64,000 nt of DNA from positions 1,519-65,518 of the forward strand of contig CAJTVP010000004.1 in assembly GCA_910580205.1 (NCBI GenBank), read 5' to 3'. Made by a program: the position numbers and the translations under genes. Below the pieces are notes generated by a model. That model searched no databases. It worked only from the letters and a program-made list of their open reading frames with translations, and was not told where the DNA came from. Positions 11,320-24,204 of the stretch are shown in pieces (the first letter of the stretch is position 1; each line of letters begins with the position of its first letter). Source of the DNA: an uncultured Eggerthellaceae bacterium. GTDB lineage: Bacteria; Actinomycetota; Coriobacteriia; Coriobacteriales; Eggerthellaceae.

Positions 11320-12644
11320 GCCATCCACCACGCTGCTCTCCGGCACGTCGAAAGGGGTGCAAGCCCCGGCGGTGCTGGTGCTTGAGGACGGGACGGCCTT
11401 CCGGGGTCGTTCAGTCGGCGCACCGGGCGAAGTGTGCGGAGAGGCGTGCTTCAACACATCCATCGAAGGGTACTTGGAAGTGCTCACCGATCCGTCTTAC
11501 GCCGGCCAGGTGATCACCATGACCTACCCGCAGATCGGCAATTACGGCGTGTCCCTTGACGACGTCCAGCGCGCGCAGGTGTTCGCCCGCGGGCTGGTGG
11601 CGCGTGATGTGTGCCCCACGCCTTCAAGCTGGCGCTCCGAGATGCCGTTGCCTCAGTTCTTGCGCGAGCATGGCATCGTCGCCATCGAGGGAGTGGATAC
11701 GCGCGCCCTGGTCCGCCATCTCCGGGAGAAGGGAGCCATGGGCTGCATCCTGTCCACGGAGGATCTGGATGTGGAGAGCTTGCGGGCGAAGGTCCAGGCC
11801 GCACCCGCCCTTCAAGGACAGAACCTGGTCGAAGGCGTGTCTGGCGCTCCCATGACGCCTCAGTTGGGCGCGCCCGCTTCCCACAGCTTCGCGAAGCCTC
11901 CCACCCCGAAGGCTTCGCATCATGTGGTGGCTTACGACTGCGGCATCAAGGAATCCATCCTGGGCTCTCTGGCCGCTGCCGGCTGCCGCGTCACCTGCGT
12001 CCCTTGGGATGCGTCCGCCGAAGACGTGCTGGCGTTGGATCCCGACGGCGTGTTCTTGAGCAACGGCCCCGGAGATCCGGAAGCGGTCGCCGCCACGAGC
12101 GCGGCGGCTGCGGAGCTTTTGGGGCGCGTTCCCGTGTTCGGCATCTGCCTGGGCCATCAGATGCTGGGTCTGGCTGCGGACGGCAGCGCCATGAAGCTCA
12201 GCTACGGGCACCGCGGCGGCAATCATCCGGTCATGAACTTGATCACAGGCCAAGTGGAGGTCACTTCCCAGAACCATGGATTCGCCATCCGGTTCGACAG
12301 CTTGGGACCGCTCATCCCAGAGCTTTCCGGCGGCATGGCCGAGCACGAGGATGATCTGCGCGTCTGGGCCGAGCGGGGCATAGCCCCTGTCGTGCAGAAC
12401 GAGCGCTTCGGGCGCATCCGCCTTTCGCACGTGAGCCTGAATGACGGCACGCTGGAGGGCCTGGAGTTCCTGGACGCCCCCGCCTTCTGCGTGCAGTACC
12501 ACCCGGAATCATCTCCCGGACCCTCGGATTCGCGCTATCTGTTCGCCGCGTTCTCCGATCTCATGGATGGCGGCGCGGACGTGCTCTCGGTGGACATCGC
12601 ATCCGACCGGCTTTCTGGTTGGAAGCTGGGAGGGGAGGCGGACC

Positions 12645-12658
<14 letters not shown>
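11312..12658 (+). CDS. carA: Carbamoyl-phosphate synthase small (glutaminase) subunit
   Basis: [14 protein letters not shown]-terminus and GICLGHQ catalytic Cys motif. Start is uncertain (TTG 11312, GTG 11303 or GTG 11357). The ORF-track start 11105 is inside pyrC. Confidence 0.85.
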
Positions 12659-15863
<3,205 letters not shown>

Positions 15864-15910
15864 GGCGCGCGGGGTACAATGAGGAGACGATCGCGAGGAG
15901 AAGGAGCCCT

Positions 15911-16708
15911 ATGGGACTAGAAGACCATCGAGCGCAGGTGATCTCGAACCGGCATCTGTTCGGGCCGCTCTACCTGATGGAGCTCACCTGCCCGTTCGTG
16001 GCCGCGAACATCATGGGCGGCCAATTCGTGCACATGGAGATACCGGATCGAGAAGCGCACATCCTGAGGCGGCCCTTCTCCATCTTCGCGCGGGACGAGG
16101 AAGCGGAGACGGTGGAGATCCTCTACCAAGTGCTCGGCGCTGGGACGGAGGCCATGGCCACCTGGGAGCCGGGATCCGAGACGCGCATGATCGGCTGCAT
16201 CGGGCGCGGCTGGGAGTTTCCGTATTCCACCGAGCGCGCGCTCATCGTGGGCGGTGGCGTGGGGGCGGCTCCGCTCTACCTGCTGGCCCAGGACCTGATG
16301 GATGCGGATGTGGAGACGGACGTCATCTTGGGCGCCAGCACCGAAGGGGCGCTCGTGTGCCGGGCGCGCTACGAGGAAGCCTGCGGCAAGATGCCGGCTT
16401 GCTCCACGGATGATGGCACGTTCGGACGCGCCGGGTTCGCCACGGTGCTCTTGGAAGAGGCCCTCTCGCGAGCCAGTGAAGAGGGAAGGCCCTATGACTA
16501 CGCCGCCGTCTGCGGACCGGAGCCGTTCATGCGCGCTTGCGCGAAGATGCTCGCAGACGCGGGCGTTCCCACGCAGGTGTCTTTGGAGCGCAGGATGGCT
16601 TGCGGCATCGGCGCGTGCCTGTCCTGCGTTGTCGAGACCGCGTCCGGCAAGCGGCGCGCCTGCGTAGACGGCCCCATCTTCGAAGCGGAGGACATCCTAT
16701 GGCAGTGA
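15911..16708 (+). CDS. pyrK: Dihydroorotate dehydrogenase electron-transfer subunit
   Basis: FAD/NAD-binding fold pattern (RRPFSI) and C-terminal 2Fe-2S Cys cluster CGIGACLSC. Precedes pyrD. Confidence 0.85.
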   Translation: MGLEDHRAQVISNRHLFGPLYLMELTCPFVAANIMGGQFVHMEIPDREAHILRRPFSIFARDEEAETVEILYQVLGAGTEAMATWEPGSETRMIGCIGRGWEFPYSTERALIVGGGVGAAPLYLLAQDLMDADVETDVILGASTEGALVCRARYEEACGKMPACSTDDGTFGRAGFATVLLEEALSRASEEGRPYDYAAVCGPEPFMRACAKMLADAGVPTQVSLERRMACGIGACLSCVVETASGKRRACVDGPIFEAEDILWQ

Positions 16709-17607
16709 TGAGCGTGGACTTGGGCGGCCTTCCCATGAAGAATCCCGTCACCGTGGCTTCCGGCACCTTCGCCGCAGGCCAGGAGTACGCGGATTTCGTC
16801 GATGTGGCGAAGCTGGGGGCGGTCACCACCAAAGGCGTGTCCTTGCATGGCTGGGAGGGCAACGACATCCCGCGCATCGCGGAGACTCCCTCTGGCATGC
16901 TGAACTCCATCGGGTTGCAGAACCCTGGCGTGGAGCATCTCTGCGCCCATGAGATCCCATGGCTGGAAGGCCAAGGCGCCACGATCATCGTGAACGTGTC
17001 CGGGCACAGCCTGGAAGAATACGTGGCGGTCATCGAGCGTCTGGAATCAGCGCCGGTGGATGCCTATGAGGTGAACATCTCCTGCCCGAACGTGGATGCG
17101 GGCGGCATGACCTTTGGCTGCGACTGCGGTCAGGCGGGACGCGTGGTGTCAGCCTGCCGAAAGGCCACCGATCGTCCGCTCATCGTGAAGCTCACGCCGA
17201 ACGTGACCGACGTCACTGAGATCGCGCGCGCGGCTGAAGAGGCTGGGGCGGACGCGATCTCCCTCATCAACACGCTTCTGGGCATGGCTGTGGACGCGAA
17301 GGCCCGCAAATCGGTGCTGGCGCGCGTGGTCGGGGGCTTGTCCGGCCCTGCTGTGAAGCCGGTGGCGCTCCGGATGGTCTGGCAGTGCGCCAAGGCCGTG
17401 AAGCTCCCCATCCTGGGGATGGGCGGCATAGCCTCCGGGGAGGATGCGGTGGAGTTCATGCTGGCAGGCGCCACAGCGGTGGCTGTGGGCACGGCGAACT
17501 TCATGAACCCGCGCGCATCCCTTGACGTGGTGGAGGGCATCCGCGCGTTCTGCGAAGCTGAGGGCGTGGAAGATGTCAAAGAGCTGATAGGAGGCTTGGC
17601 ATGCTGA
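16699..17607 (+). CDS. pyrD: Dihydroorotate dehydrogenase (class 1B catalytic subunit)
   Basis: MAVMSVDLGGLPMKNPVTVASGTF start and NISCPN motif. Overlaps pyrK by 10 nt. Confidence 0.9.
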   Translation: MAVMSVDLGGLPMKNPVTVASGTFAAGQEYADFVDVAKLGAVTTKGVSLHGWEGNDIPRIAETPSGMLNSIGLQNPGVEHLCAHEIPWLEGQGATIIVNVSGHSLEEYVAVIERLESAPVDAYEVNISCPNVDAGGMTFGCDCGQAGRVVSACRKATDRPLIVKLTPNVTDVTEIARAAEEAGADAISLINTLLGMAVDAKARKSVLARVVGGLSGPAVKPVALRMVWQCAKAVKLPILGMGGIASGEDAVEFMLAGATAVAVGTANFMNPRASLDVVEGIRAFCEAEGVEDVKELIGGLAC

Positions 17608-18329
17608 CCGCATTCGACGGCACGCGCAAAATCGACCGAACCATCATCGCGCTCGATTGCGAGGCGGATAAAGCCATCGCCATAGCGTACGCGCTGGCGG
17701 GACGGGCGAAGTGGGTGAAGATCGGGATGACGCTCTTCTACGCCTACGGCACGGACCTGGTGAAGATGCTGAAGGACCGCGGGTACCAGGTGTTCCTGGA
17801 CCTCAAGTTCCACGACATCCCCCATCAAGTGCTGGGGGCGGCGCGTTCGGCCGCTGAGACGGGCGCGGACATGATCACCATGCAGACGAGCGGCGGCGTT
17901 CCCATGATGGAATCCGCGCAACAAGGCGCGCGGGAAGGCGCTGCGCGCATAGGCGCTGACGTGCCGGTCACGCTCGGCATCACGGTCCTCACTTCCATGG
18001 ATCAAGCCACGTTGGAGCAGGTAGGCGTCATGCGCCCGATGCAGGAGCAGGTGCTCTCTCTGGCCCATTTGACCCAGGTCGCGGGCATCTCGGGCGTGGT
18101 CGCATCTCCTCAGGAGGCATCAGAGCTGCGCGCGGTCCTGGGAGAGGATGCCTACATCGTGACGCCGGGCGTGCGCCCCTCATGGGCCGCGAAGGGGGAT
18201 CAGAGCCGCATCGCCACGCCGGCTGACGCGTTTTCGAACGGGGCGTCCCACATCGTCATCGGCCGTCCCATCACGGATGCGGAAGATCCAGTGCGCGCGT
18301 TCGAGATGATCGCCGAGGAGCTGGCATGA
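17601..18329 (+). CDS. pyrF: Orotidine 5'-phosphate decarboxylase
   Basis: FLDLKFHDIP motif. Confidence 0.9.
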   Translation: MLTAFDGTRKIDRTIIALDCEADKAIAIAYALAGRAKWVKIGMTLFYAYGTDLVKMLKDRGYQVFLDLKFHDIPHQVLGAARSAAETGADMITMQTSGGVPMMESAQQGAREGAARIGADVPVTLGITVLTSMDQATLEQVGVMRPMQEQVLSLAHLTQVAGISGVVASPQEASELRAVLGEDAYIVTPGVRPSWAAKGDQSRIATPADAFSNGASHIVIGRPITDAEDPVRAFEMIAEELA

Positions 18330-18880
18330 CGGAGAAAGGGAAGCTCTTCGTCATCTCAGGTCCCTCAGGCGTGGGCAAGGGCACGCTCGTGTCCAAGTTG
18401 GCCGAGGAGCCTGGCATCTGGGTGTCGGTGAGCGCCACCACCCGCGGCCCCCGTGAGGGCGAGGTGGATGGTGAGGATTATTTCTTCATGGACAAGGATG
18501 CGTTCCTTGAGAAAGCGGCCCAGGGCGGCTTCATCGAATGGGCTGAATACAGCGGGAACTGCTACGGAACGCCCGCTGACGTGGTCCAAGCTCACCTGGA
18601 TACGGGGGAGAGCGTCATCCTGGAGATCGAGGTGCAGGGCGCGGCCCAGGTCAAGGAGAAGCTGCCGGAAGCTGTGCTCATCTTCATCGAACCGCCCAGC
18701 TTGGAAGAGCTGGAAGCGCGCCTGCGCGGGCGCGGCACTGAGTCCGATGAGGCCATCGCGCGCCGCTTGGCTGCGGCGAAGGTGGAGTTGGAAGAGAAAA
18801 TGAAGTATGATACCGTGCTTGTGAATGACGACCTTGACCGCGCGTTCGAAGAGCTCAAGATGCGCGTGCGCAACGCTTGA
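18326..18880 (+). CDS. gmk: Guanylate kinase
   Basis: ISGPSGVGKGT P-loop. ATGA overlap with pyrF. Confidence 0.9.
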   Translation: MTEKGKLFVISGPSGVGKGTLVSKLAEEPGIWVSVSATTRGPREGEVDGEDYFFMDKDAFLEKAAQGGFIEWAEYSGNCYGTPADVVQAHLDTGESVILEIEVQGAAQVKEKLPEAVLIFIEPPSLEELEARLRGRGTESDEAIARRLAAAKVELEEKMKYDTVLVNDDLDRAFEELKMRVRNA

Positions 18881-18898
18881 ACAGAAGAGGACTGCTGA

Positions 18899-19159
18899 AT
18901 GAGCATCATCAAACCTGACATCGACGTTTTGTTGGAAGACGCGGACAACGACCGCTTCCTTTTGTGCACCATGGCATCGAAGCGCGCCCATGACATCAAT
19001 GACATGATGTGCGGCCAGCGCGATCGCGCCATCCAGCTCCAATCCGCGATCGAGATCGCCCGCGCGGTGGATGCCAAGCCGCTCACCATGGCGTTCAATG
19101 AGATCGCGCGCAAAGACGTCTCATTCGATCCTGATTCTGTGCATCTCTGCGAAGAATGA
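18899..19159 (+). CDS. rpoZ: DNA-directed RNA polymerase subunit omega
   Basis: 86-aa protein following gmk (conserved gmk-rpoZ pairing), with NDRFLLCTMASKRAHDIN core. Confidence 0.8.
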   Translation: MSIIKPDIDVLLEDADNDRFLLCTMASKRAHDINDMMCGQRDRAIQLQSAIEIARAVDAKPLTMAFNEIARKDVSFDPDSVHLCEE

Positions 19160-20355
19160 GCGGCTCCGCACCGTTCCAGCGCGTCGTCTTAGTCCATTAT
19201 CATGAGATAGGCCTCAAGGGCCATAATCGACAGCGCTTCGAAACGCGCCTCCTCAAGAACATCGAATCGTTGGCCTCCGGCTTCGATGTGGTGACCGTGC
19301 ACCGCCTCTCAGGGCGGCTCATCGTGTTCCTCCGGGAGGGGGCGGTTCAAGCGCAAGCCGAAGCATGTGCCACGTTCATCGCGCGCATCCCCGGCGTGGC
19401 GCGCACCTCTTGCGGATTCAAATGCGGCCGCGACATCGACCAGATCAGCGCTGCAGCGGTGGATGCGTTGGGGCAAGCCGCTCCCTTCGCCAGCTTCAAA
19501 GTGGCGGCCCGGCGCTCGCACACGGATTTCGAGATGGACTCCATGACCATGAACAAGGTCGTGGGCGCGGCGCTCTGCGAAGCGTATCCTGACGCGCGCG
19601 TGCGGATGAAAGAGATGGATGTGGTCGTCCACGTGGAAGTGGTGCAGAACAGCGCGTTCGTGAGCGCGTTCTCCATCCCTGGCGTGGGCGGCCTTCCAGT
19701 GGGATCCTCAGGCAAGCTCATGGCCCTGCTCTCCAGCGGCATCGACTCCCCGGTGGCTCTCTGGCAGATGGCGAAGCGCGGGGCGGTTTGCCATGCTGTC
19801 CATTTCTCAGGAGCGCCGGAGACGAGCGACGTTTCGGAATACCTGGTGGATGACATCGCGCATGTGCTGGAGCAGACCGGCTGCATCCGCTCCGTTTTCA
19901 CGGTGGAGCTGGGCGGCTATCAACGGGAAATCTCCCTTTCCTGTCCGCCATCGCTGCGCGTCATCCTCTACCGGCGGCTCATGCTCAAAGTGGCTGAGCG
20001 CTTGGCATCGCAGGTGGGCGCGAAGGGTCTCATCACGGGGGAGAGCCTGGGACAGGTGGCTTCGCAGACGCTGGACAACATCTGCTGCACGGATGACGCC
20101 GTCGCCATGCCCGTGCTCCGTCCGCTCATCGGTACGGACAAACAGGACATCATCTCCACCGCGAAGATGATCGGAACGTACTCCATTTCCACCGAAGATG
20201 CGCCGGATTGCTGCACGCTGTTCATGCCGCGCTCCCCTGAGACCCATGGCAAAGTGGCCCAGGTGCGCGAAGCTGAAAGCCAGTTCCCGGAAGAGGAATG
20301 GGTCGAGCGGATCGTCTCTGAGGCGCGCTTGCGGGAATACCGGCAACCGAAGTAG
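19156..20355 (+). CDS. thiI: tRNA 4-thiouridine(8) synthase ThiI
   Basis: THUMP-like N-half and PP-loop SSGIDSPVA. ATGA overlap with rpoZ. Confidence 0.85.
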   Translation: MSGSAPFQRVVLVHYHEIGLKGHNRQRFETRLLKNIESLASGFDVVTVHRLSGRLIVFLREGAVQAQAEACATFIARIPGVARTSCGFKCGRDIDQISAAAVDALGQAAPFASFKVAARRSHTDFEMDSMTMNKVVGAALCEAYPDARVRMKEMDVVVHVEVVQNSAFVSAFSIPGVGGLPVGSSGKLMALLSSGIDSPVALWQMAKRGAVCHAVHFSGAPETSDVSEYLVDDIAHVLEQTGCIRSVFTVELGGYQREISLSCPPSLRVILYRRLMLKVAERLASQVGAKGLITGESLGQVASQTLDNICCTDDAVAMPVLRPLIGTDKQDIISTAKMIGTYSISTEDAPDCCTLFMPRSPETHGKVAQVREAESQFPEEEWVERIVSEARLREYRQPK

Positions 20356-20534
20356 GATCTTTCGCAGCTTTCGCATCATCCTTTGATTAATCTCTGATGG
20401 GTCGCCGCAGGATATGGCTCGGAACATGGTGAAGCTCTGACGCGTCGCCGATGGGCTTTCGGCGAACCTCTTCCATGGATATGGCGAATGGGATGGTTAG
20501 CCTTGGATTCTGAACAGATCCTCAAGGAGCCGCC

Positions 20535-21215
20535 ATGTCATTCCAGGAGTACGCAGAACAGCAGCCGCATGAAACCCCACGGATCCGATGGGGTCGGATG
20601 ACCGCCCCAATGCGCGTGGGGGCCATCGGGTGCGCGGTGGCGTGCTTGGCAGCCATCCTTTTCTTTTCAGGCGCGTTCGGCGGAGGTGGCGCATCATTCT
20701 CCGTGGAGAAGACGGAGGCAGCCGCAGAAGAAACGTCCACGGCAGATGCGCCAGCTTCTTCCCGAGATATCCATGTGCATATGACGGGATGCGTCGTGAA
20801 TCCGGGTATGCACACCCTTCCCGCTGGCGCTCGTTTGGCGGATGCGGTGAGCGCGGCGGGAGGTTTCACCGAAGACGCCCTTGAGCAGAGCGTGAATCTG
20901 GCACGCGAGCTCGCTGATGGCGAACAGGTCATCGTGGCGAGCAAAGAAGCGCAAGCGGCGGCTCAAGCAGAGGAGGGTGTCGGTGGTCCGTCTGGCGGCG
21001 ACGCTGTGACGGCAGCGGACGGACGCGTGAACATCAACACCGCCGATGCTGCGCAGTTGCAAACCATCTCAGGCATAGGCCCAGCCAAAGCGGGGAAGAT
21101 CGTCGCATACCGCGAGGCGAACGGGGCGTTCAAGGCCGTTGAGGACCTTTGCAAGGTGAGCGGGATAGGGGAGAAGACGCTCGCTTCCATCAGAGATCAG
21201 ATCTGCGTTGGTTGA
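20535..21215 (+). CDS. comEA: ComEA family DNA-binding protein (helix-hairpin-helix)
   Basis: N-terminal TM segment and C-terminal NINTADAAQLQTISGIGPAKAGKIVAYRE...VSGIGEKT tandem HhH. Confidence 0.8.
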   Translation: MSFQEYAEQQPHETPRIRWGRMTAPMRVGAIGCAVACLAAILFFSGAFGGGGASFSVEKTEAAAEETSTADAPASSRDIHVHMTGCVVNPGMHTLPAGARLADAVSAAGGFTEDALEQSVNLARELADGEQVIVASKEAQAAAQAEEGVGGPSGGDAVTAADGRVNINTADAAQLQTISGIGPAKAGKIVAYREANGAFKAVEDLCKVSGIGEKTLASIRDQICVG

Positions 21216-23595
21216 TCGCCTGTTCACCCGTGGCATCAGCGGCGCGGATGGGCTTGAGCATGAAGTCGACTCCTTGGAGCACCGTCCGCCGCGTCCGGGA
21301 TTGCCTCCGCTCCTCCTCGGCGGCTTGTCGCTCTGGGCGGCAGCGGCCGTCGTGTTCTTCGCTGCTGCGGAGGCCTCAAGGGAGACGTGCACGTCCATCG
21401 TGATCACCGGCGCGGTCTTCGCAGGCGCGCTGCTCCTCGCCTTCGCCGGTGCGAAACGACGGATGATGGTCTTGCTGGCTTTGGTCTTCGCGAGTTCAGG
21501 TGTGGCGCTGGGCGGTATCGCGTCGCTCCAAGTGCTTGACGGCTGCGCTCTGGCTGAGAGCGGCTCAGAGGTCGTCAACGCCCGTGTGCTGCAAGACAGC
21601 TCCCGGTCCGACTACGGCTTCACCACGGTTTGCCAGGCTCGCACAGCAAGCGGGGAGGAGTGCAAGGTCCGCCTCTTCACGGACGAGGAGAGCTATCTCA
21701 CGGGAGATGAGCTCTCATTGAACACCACCCTCTCTCCTTTGAAAGAACAGGCTGCGGCCTTCTATCGAACGCAGGGCATCTGCGGTCAGATGAGGGCGAA
21801 CAAGGTGGAAAAGCGAGAGGCAGCCGGTCCGTTGGGCTTCATCCAGCACGTGCGCGCAGAAGCGATCCGCTGCATCCAAGAGAATGCCGGCGGCCAAGCT
21901 CCTCTCATGGAGGCCATCATCTGCGGATATCGTCAACCCATAGCGCAAAGCCCGCTGTATGGGCAGTTCAAGACCTGCGGCATCGCGCACATCATCGCGG
22001 TGTCTGGTGCTCATGCATCCATCGTCCTGGCTCTGCTCATGGCGCTCCTCAAGCGGTTGCGAACGCCCCGGACGCCCAGCATCGTCCTGTCCGTGCTGTT
22101 CGTGGTCGCCTATCTCATCTTCGCAGGGATGCCCATCTCCGCCATCCGGAGCTCGGTCATGGCCGTGCTCGCGCTCCTTTCCTTCTTCGCGCGCCGTCGA
22201 AGCGCGTCGCTGAACTCCTTGGGGCTGTGTTTGGTGGCATTCATCATCACTGATCCGGTCAGCTGCCTTTCCATGTCGCTCTTCCTCTCAGCCGCTTCCA
22301 CGCTGGGGATCGTGCTGTTCTCTTCGCTCGTCATCTCATGGTTCCCGCGCGCATCCGTTCGCGTCCGAACGCTCATCCTTGATCCAGCGGCGCTCACCTT
22401 CTCCTCGAACCTCATGACCCTGCCGTTCTCAGCAGCCATCTTCTCGCTTCTATCGCTCATTGCGCCCGTGGCGAACATCGCCATATCGCCGCTGTTCGCC
22501 CTTGCTTGTGCATCAGGGCTCATAGGATGCGCGGCCTCCCTTCTTTGCCCCATAGCGGCTCCGTGGTTCATGACGCTCTCCTCATTTCCTTTCTGGGCGC
22601 TGAGCCAAGCAGTGCAGCTGCTCTCTTCCATGCCCTATGCGGCCATCCCATGCTCTCTGCCGACGGTTCCCATGCTCGGTCTGTCCATCGGGCTTTGCAT
22701 CGCGCTTTGGATGGGCTGGCCAGGCTCCAAGGCGCTGCTCGCCCTTGCCGGAGTCAGCATCACAGGGCTCGTCCTTCTCCTCGCGCTTTCCTTTTCGCCG
22801 AAGCCCGATGAAGTGTCAGCCCTTGATGTCGGGCAGGGGGATGCGATCCTCATCACCTCCGGCACGGCGAACGTGCTCATCGACACAGGGAACTCTGATG
22901 CCAAGCTCCGGGAAGAGCTGGGACGCAAGGGCGTGCACCATCTTGACGCCGTCGTCATCAGCCACCCCGATGATGATCACTGCGCATCCTTGGAGACGCT
23001 CGGGCGATACGTTCAAGTGGATCGCATCCTGTTCGCGGAAGATGTCGAACGGTGCGGATGCGAGCGATGCGCACGGCTGCTCTCCCTTGCGGATCGTTGC
23101 GCTCCCGCGAATGGCTGCGACGGCATGACGCCGGGAGAATGCATCCGAGCGGGGCGCTTCACGCTCACGGTCCTTTGGCCGTTCGGCTTCGCCGATGAGG
23201 GAGGCAACGGAGACAGCTTGTGCCTCTTGGGATGCCTGGATGTTGACGGGGATGGCGTGGTGGACTGGCAGACGCTGTTCACGGGAGATGCGGAATCGGA
23301 GCAGATCGAAGCCATGATCGAGCGTGGCTTGGTGGGGGATGTCGACGTGCTCAAAGTGGGCCACCACGGTTCTCGCGCCGGTCTCACGGAAGACCAAGCG
23401 CGCCAGATCAGCCCTGAGATCGCGCTCATCAGCGTGGGCGCTCAGAACCGCTACGGGCATCCAACAGCAGAAGCCCTCCAAAGCCTTGAGGGTGCCGGAA
23501 GCCAGGTGTTCCGCACGGATGAATCCGGCACCGTGACCGTCCGGTTCTCCAAAGAGCGCATGACCGTTTCGTGTCTGAAGCAGAAGAGTTCCTGA
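21208..23595 (+). CDS. comEC: ComEC/Rec2 DNA internalization protein with metallo-beta-lactamase domain
   Basis: Polytopic membrane core, then ALDVGQGDAILI and SHPDDDH MBL motifs. TTG start is uncertain. Confidence 0.85.
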   Translation: MVDRLFTRGISGADGLEHEVDSLEHRPPRPGLPPLLLGGLSLWAAAAVVFFAAAEASRETCTSIVITGAVFAGALLLAFAGAKRRMMVLLALVFASSGVALGGIASLQVLDGCALAESGSEVVNARVLQDSSRSDYGFTTVCQARTASGEECKVRLFTDEESYLTGDELSLNTTLSPLKEQAAAFYRTQGICGQMRANKVEKREAAGPLGFIQHVRAEAIRCIQENAGGQAPLMEAIICGYRQPIAQSPLYGQFKTCGIAHIIAVSGAHASIVLALLMALLKRLRTPRTPSIVLSVLFVVAYLIFAGMPISAIRSSVMAVLALLSFFARRRSASLNSLGLCLVAFIITDPVSCLSMSLFLSAASTLGIVLFSSLVISWFPRASVRVRTLILDPAALTFSSNLMTLPFSAAIFSLLSLIAPVANIAISPLFALACASGLIGCAASLLCPIAAPWFMTLSSFPFWALSQAVQLLSSMPYAAIPCSLPTVPMLGLSIGLCIALWMGWPGSKALLALAGVSITGLVLLLALSFSPKPDEVSALDVGQGDAILITSGTANVLIDTGNSDAKLREELGRKGVHHLDAVVISHPDDDHCASLETLGRYVQVDRILFAEDVERCGCERCARLLSLADRCAPANGCDGMTPGECIRAGRFTLTVLWPFGFADEGGNGDSLCLLGCLDVDGDGVVDWQTLFTGDAESEQIEAMIERGLVGDVDVLKVGHHGSRAGLTEDQARQISPEIALISVGAQNRYGHPTAEALQSLEGAGSQVFRTDESGTVTVRFSKERMTVSCLKQKSS

Positions 23596-23927
23596 TGGCT
23601 CTGAAAGGAGGAGGATTTTTGCAATACAATAATGCATCGCAGAACAGCGAAGCGCGGCCGGCAGATGGCATTGAGGTTTTGCCGCGAATCCACGAAAGGC
23701 ATCCGCATATCCATGAGGAGGATGTGCGGATCGCTTGGGATTCGGCGATCCTTTCCGCGCCCCGCCTCGGCAAAGACCGGGAGGAGCACATCGTTCTCGG
23801 TTTTGACGGCAAGGGGAGGTTGATCGAGATGGCGGCGGTTCGCTGGGCGGTAGGGCGCTGGACGATTTTCCATGCAACGACGCCGCCCTCTGAAAAGACA
23901 TTCGCCGAGCTTGGGATTGAGGGGTGA
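23595..23927 (+). CDS. Small hypothetical protein, candidate toxin (BrnT/RelE-fold-like, unverified)
   Basis: ORF 23571..23927. ATG 23595 overlaps the comEC stop (TGATG). The alternative TTG 23619 lies behind a strong AAAGGAGGAGGA. Directly followed by an RHH gene. Confidence 0.5.
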   Translation: MALKGGGFLQYNNASQNSEARPADGIEVLPRIHERHPHIHEEDVRIAWDSAILSAPRLGKDREEHIVLGFDGKGRLIEMAAVRWAVGRWTIFHATTPPSEKTFAELGIEG

Positions 23928-23933
23928 TCGACC

Positions 23934-24203
23934 ATGGATTCAGAGAACAGCGCAAAGGAGAAGATGGCGCCTGAAACATGGGACGAATGGGCGCGCGAAT
24001 ATGAGGATGGCACGTGGAACGGTGTAGGCAAAGTGTCTCATGGGCGCCCCAAGCTCTACGAAGAAGACATGGAAACGGTGTCATTCCGTTTGCCTCGTTC
24101 GCGTATCGCGGCCATTGAAGCGGTCACCGCTCGGCGCGGCGAATCCAAATCGGAGTTCTATAGAAAGGCAGTGGACCGCCAGCTGCTTGCTGAAGGGATG
24201 TGA
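23934..24203 (+). CDS. Ribbon-helix-helix (CopG-like) protein, candidate antitoxin
   Basis: C-terminal VSFRLPRSRIAAIEAVTARRGESKSEFYRKAVDRQL fits the RHH beta-alpha-alpha pattern. 6-nt gap to the upstream small ORF and 1-nt gap to holA. Confidence 0.6.
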   Translation: MDSENSAKEKMAPETWDEWAREYEDGTWNGVGKVSHGRPKLYEEDMETVSFRLPRSRIAAIEAVTARRGESKSEFYRKAVDRQLLAEGM

Positions 24204-24204
24204 G

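Noticed and set aside
20445-20465. 7-bp hairpin TCGCCGA-TGGGCTT-TCGGCGA after thiI
   Set aside because: Short stem with no U-tract. It could be a weak terminator but is not distinguishable from chance in 65% G+C DNA.
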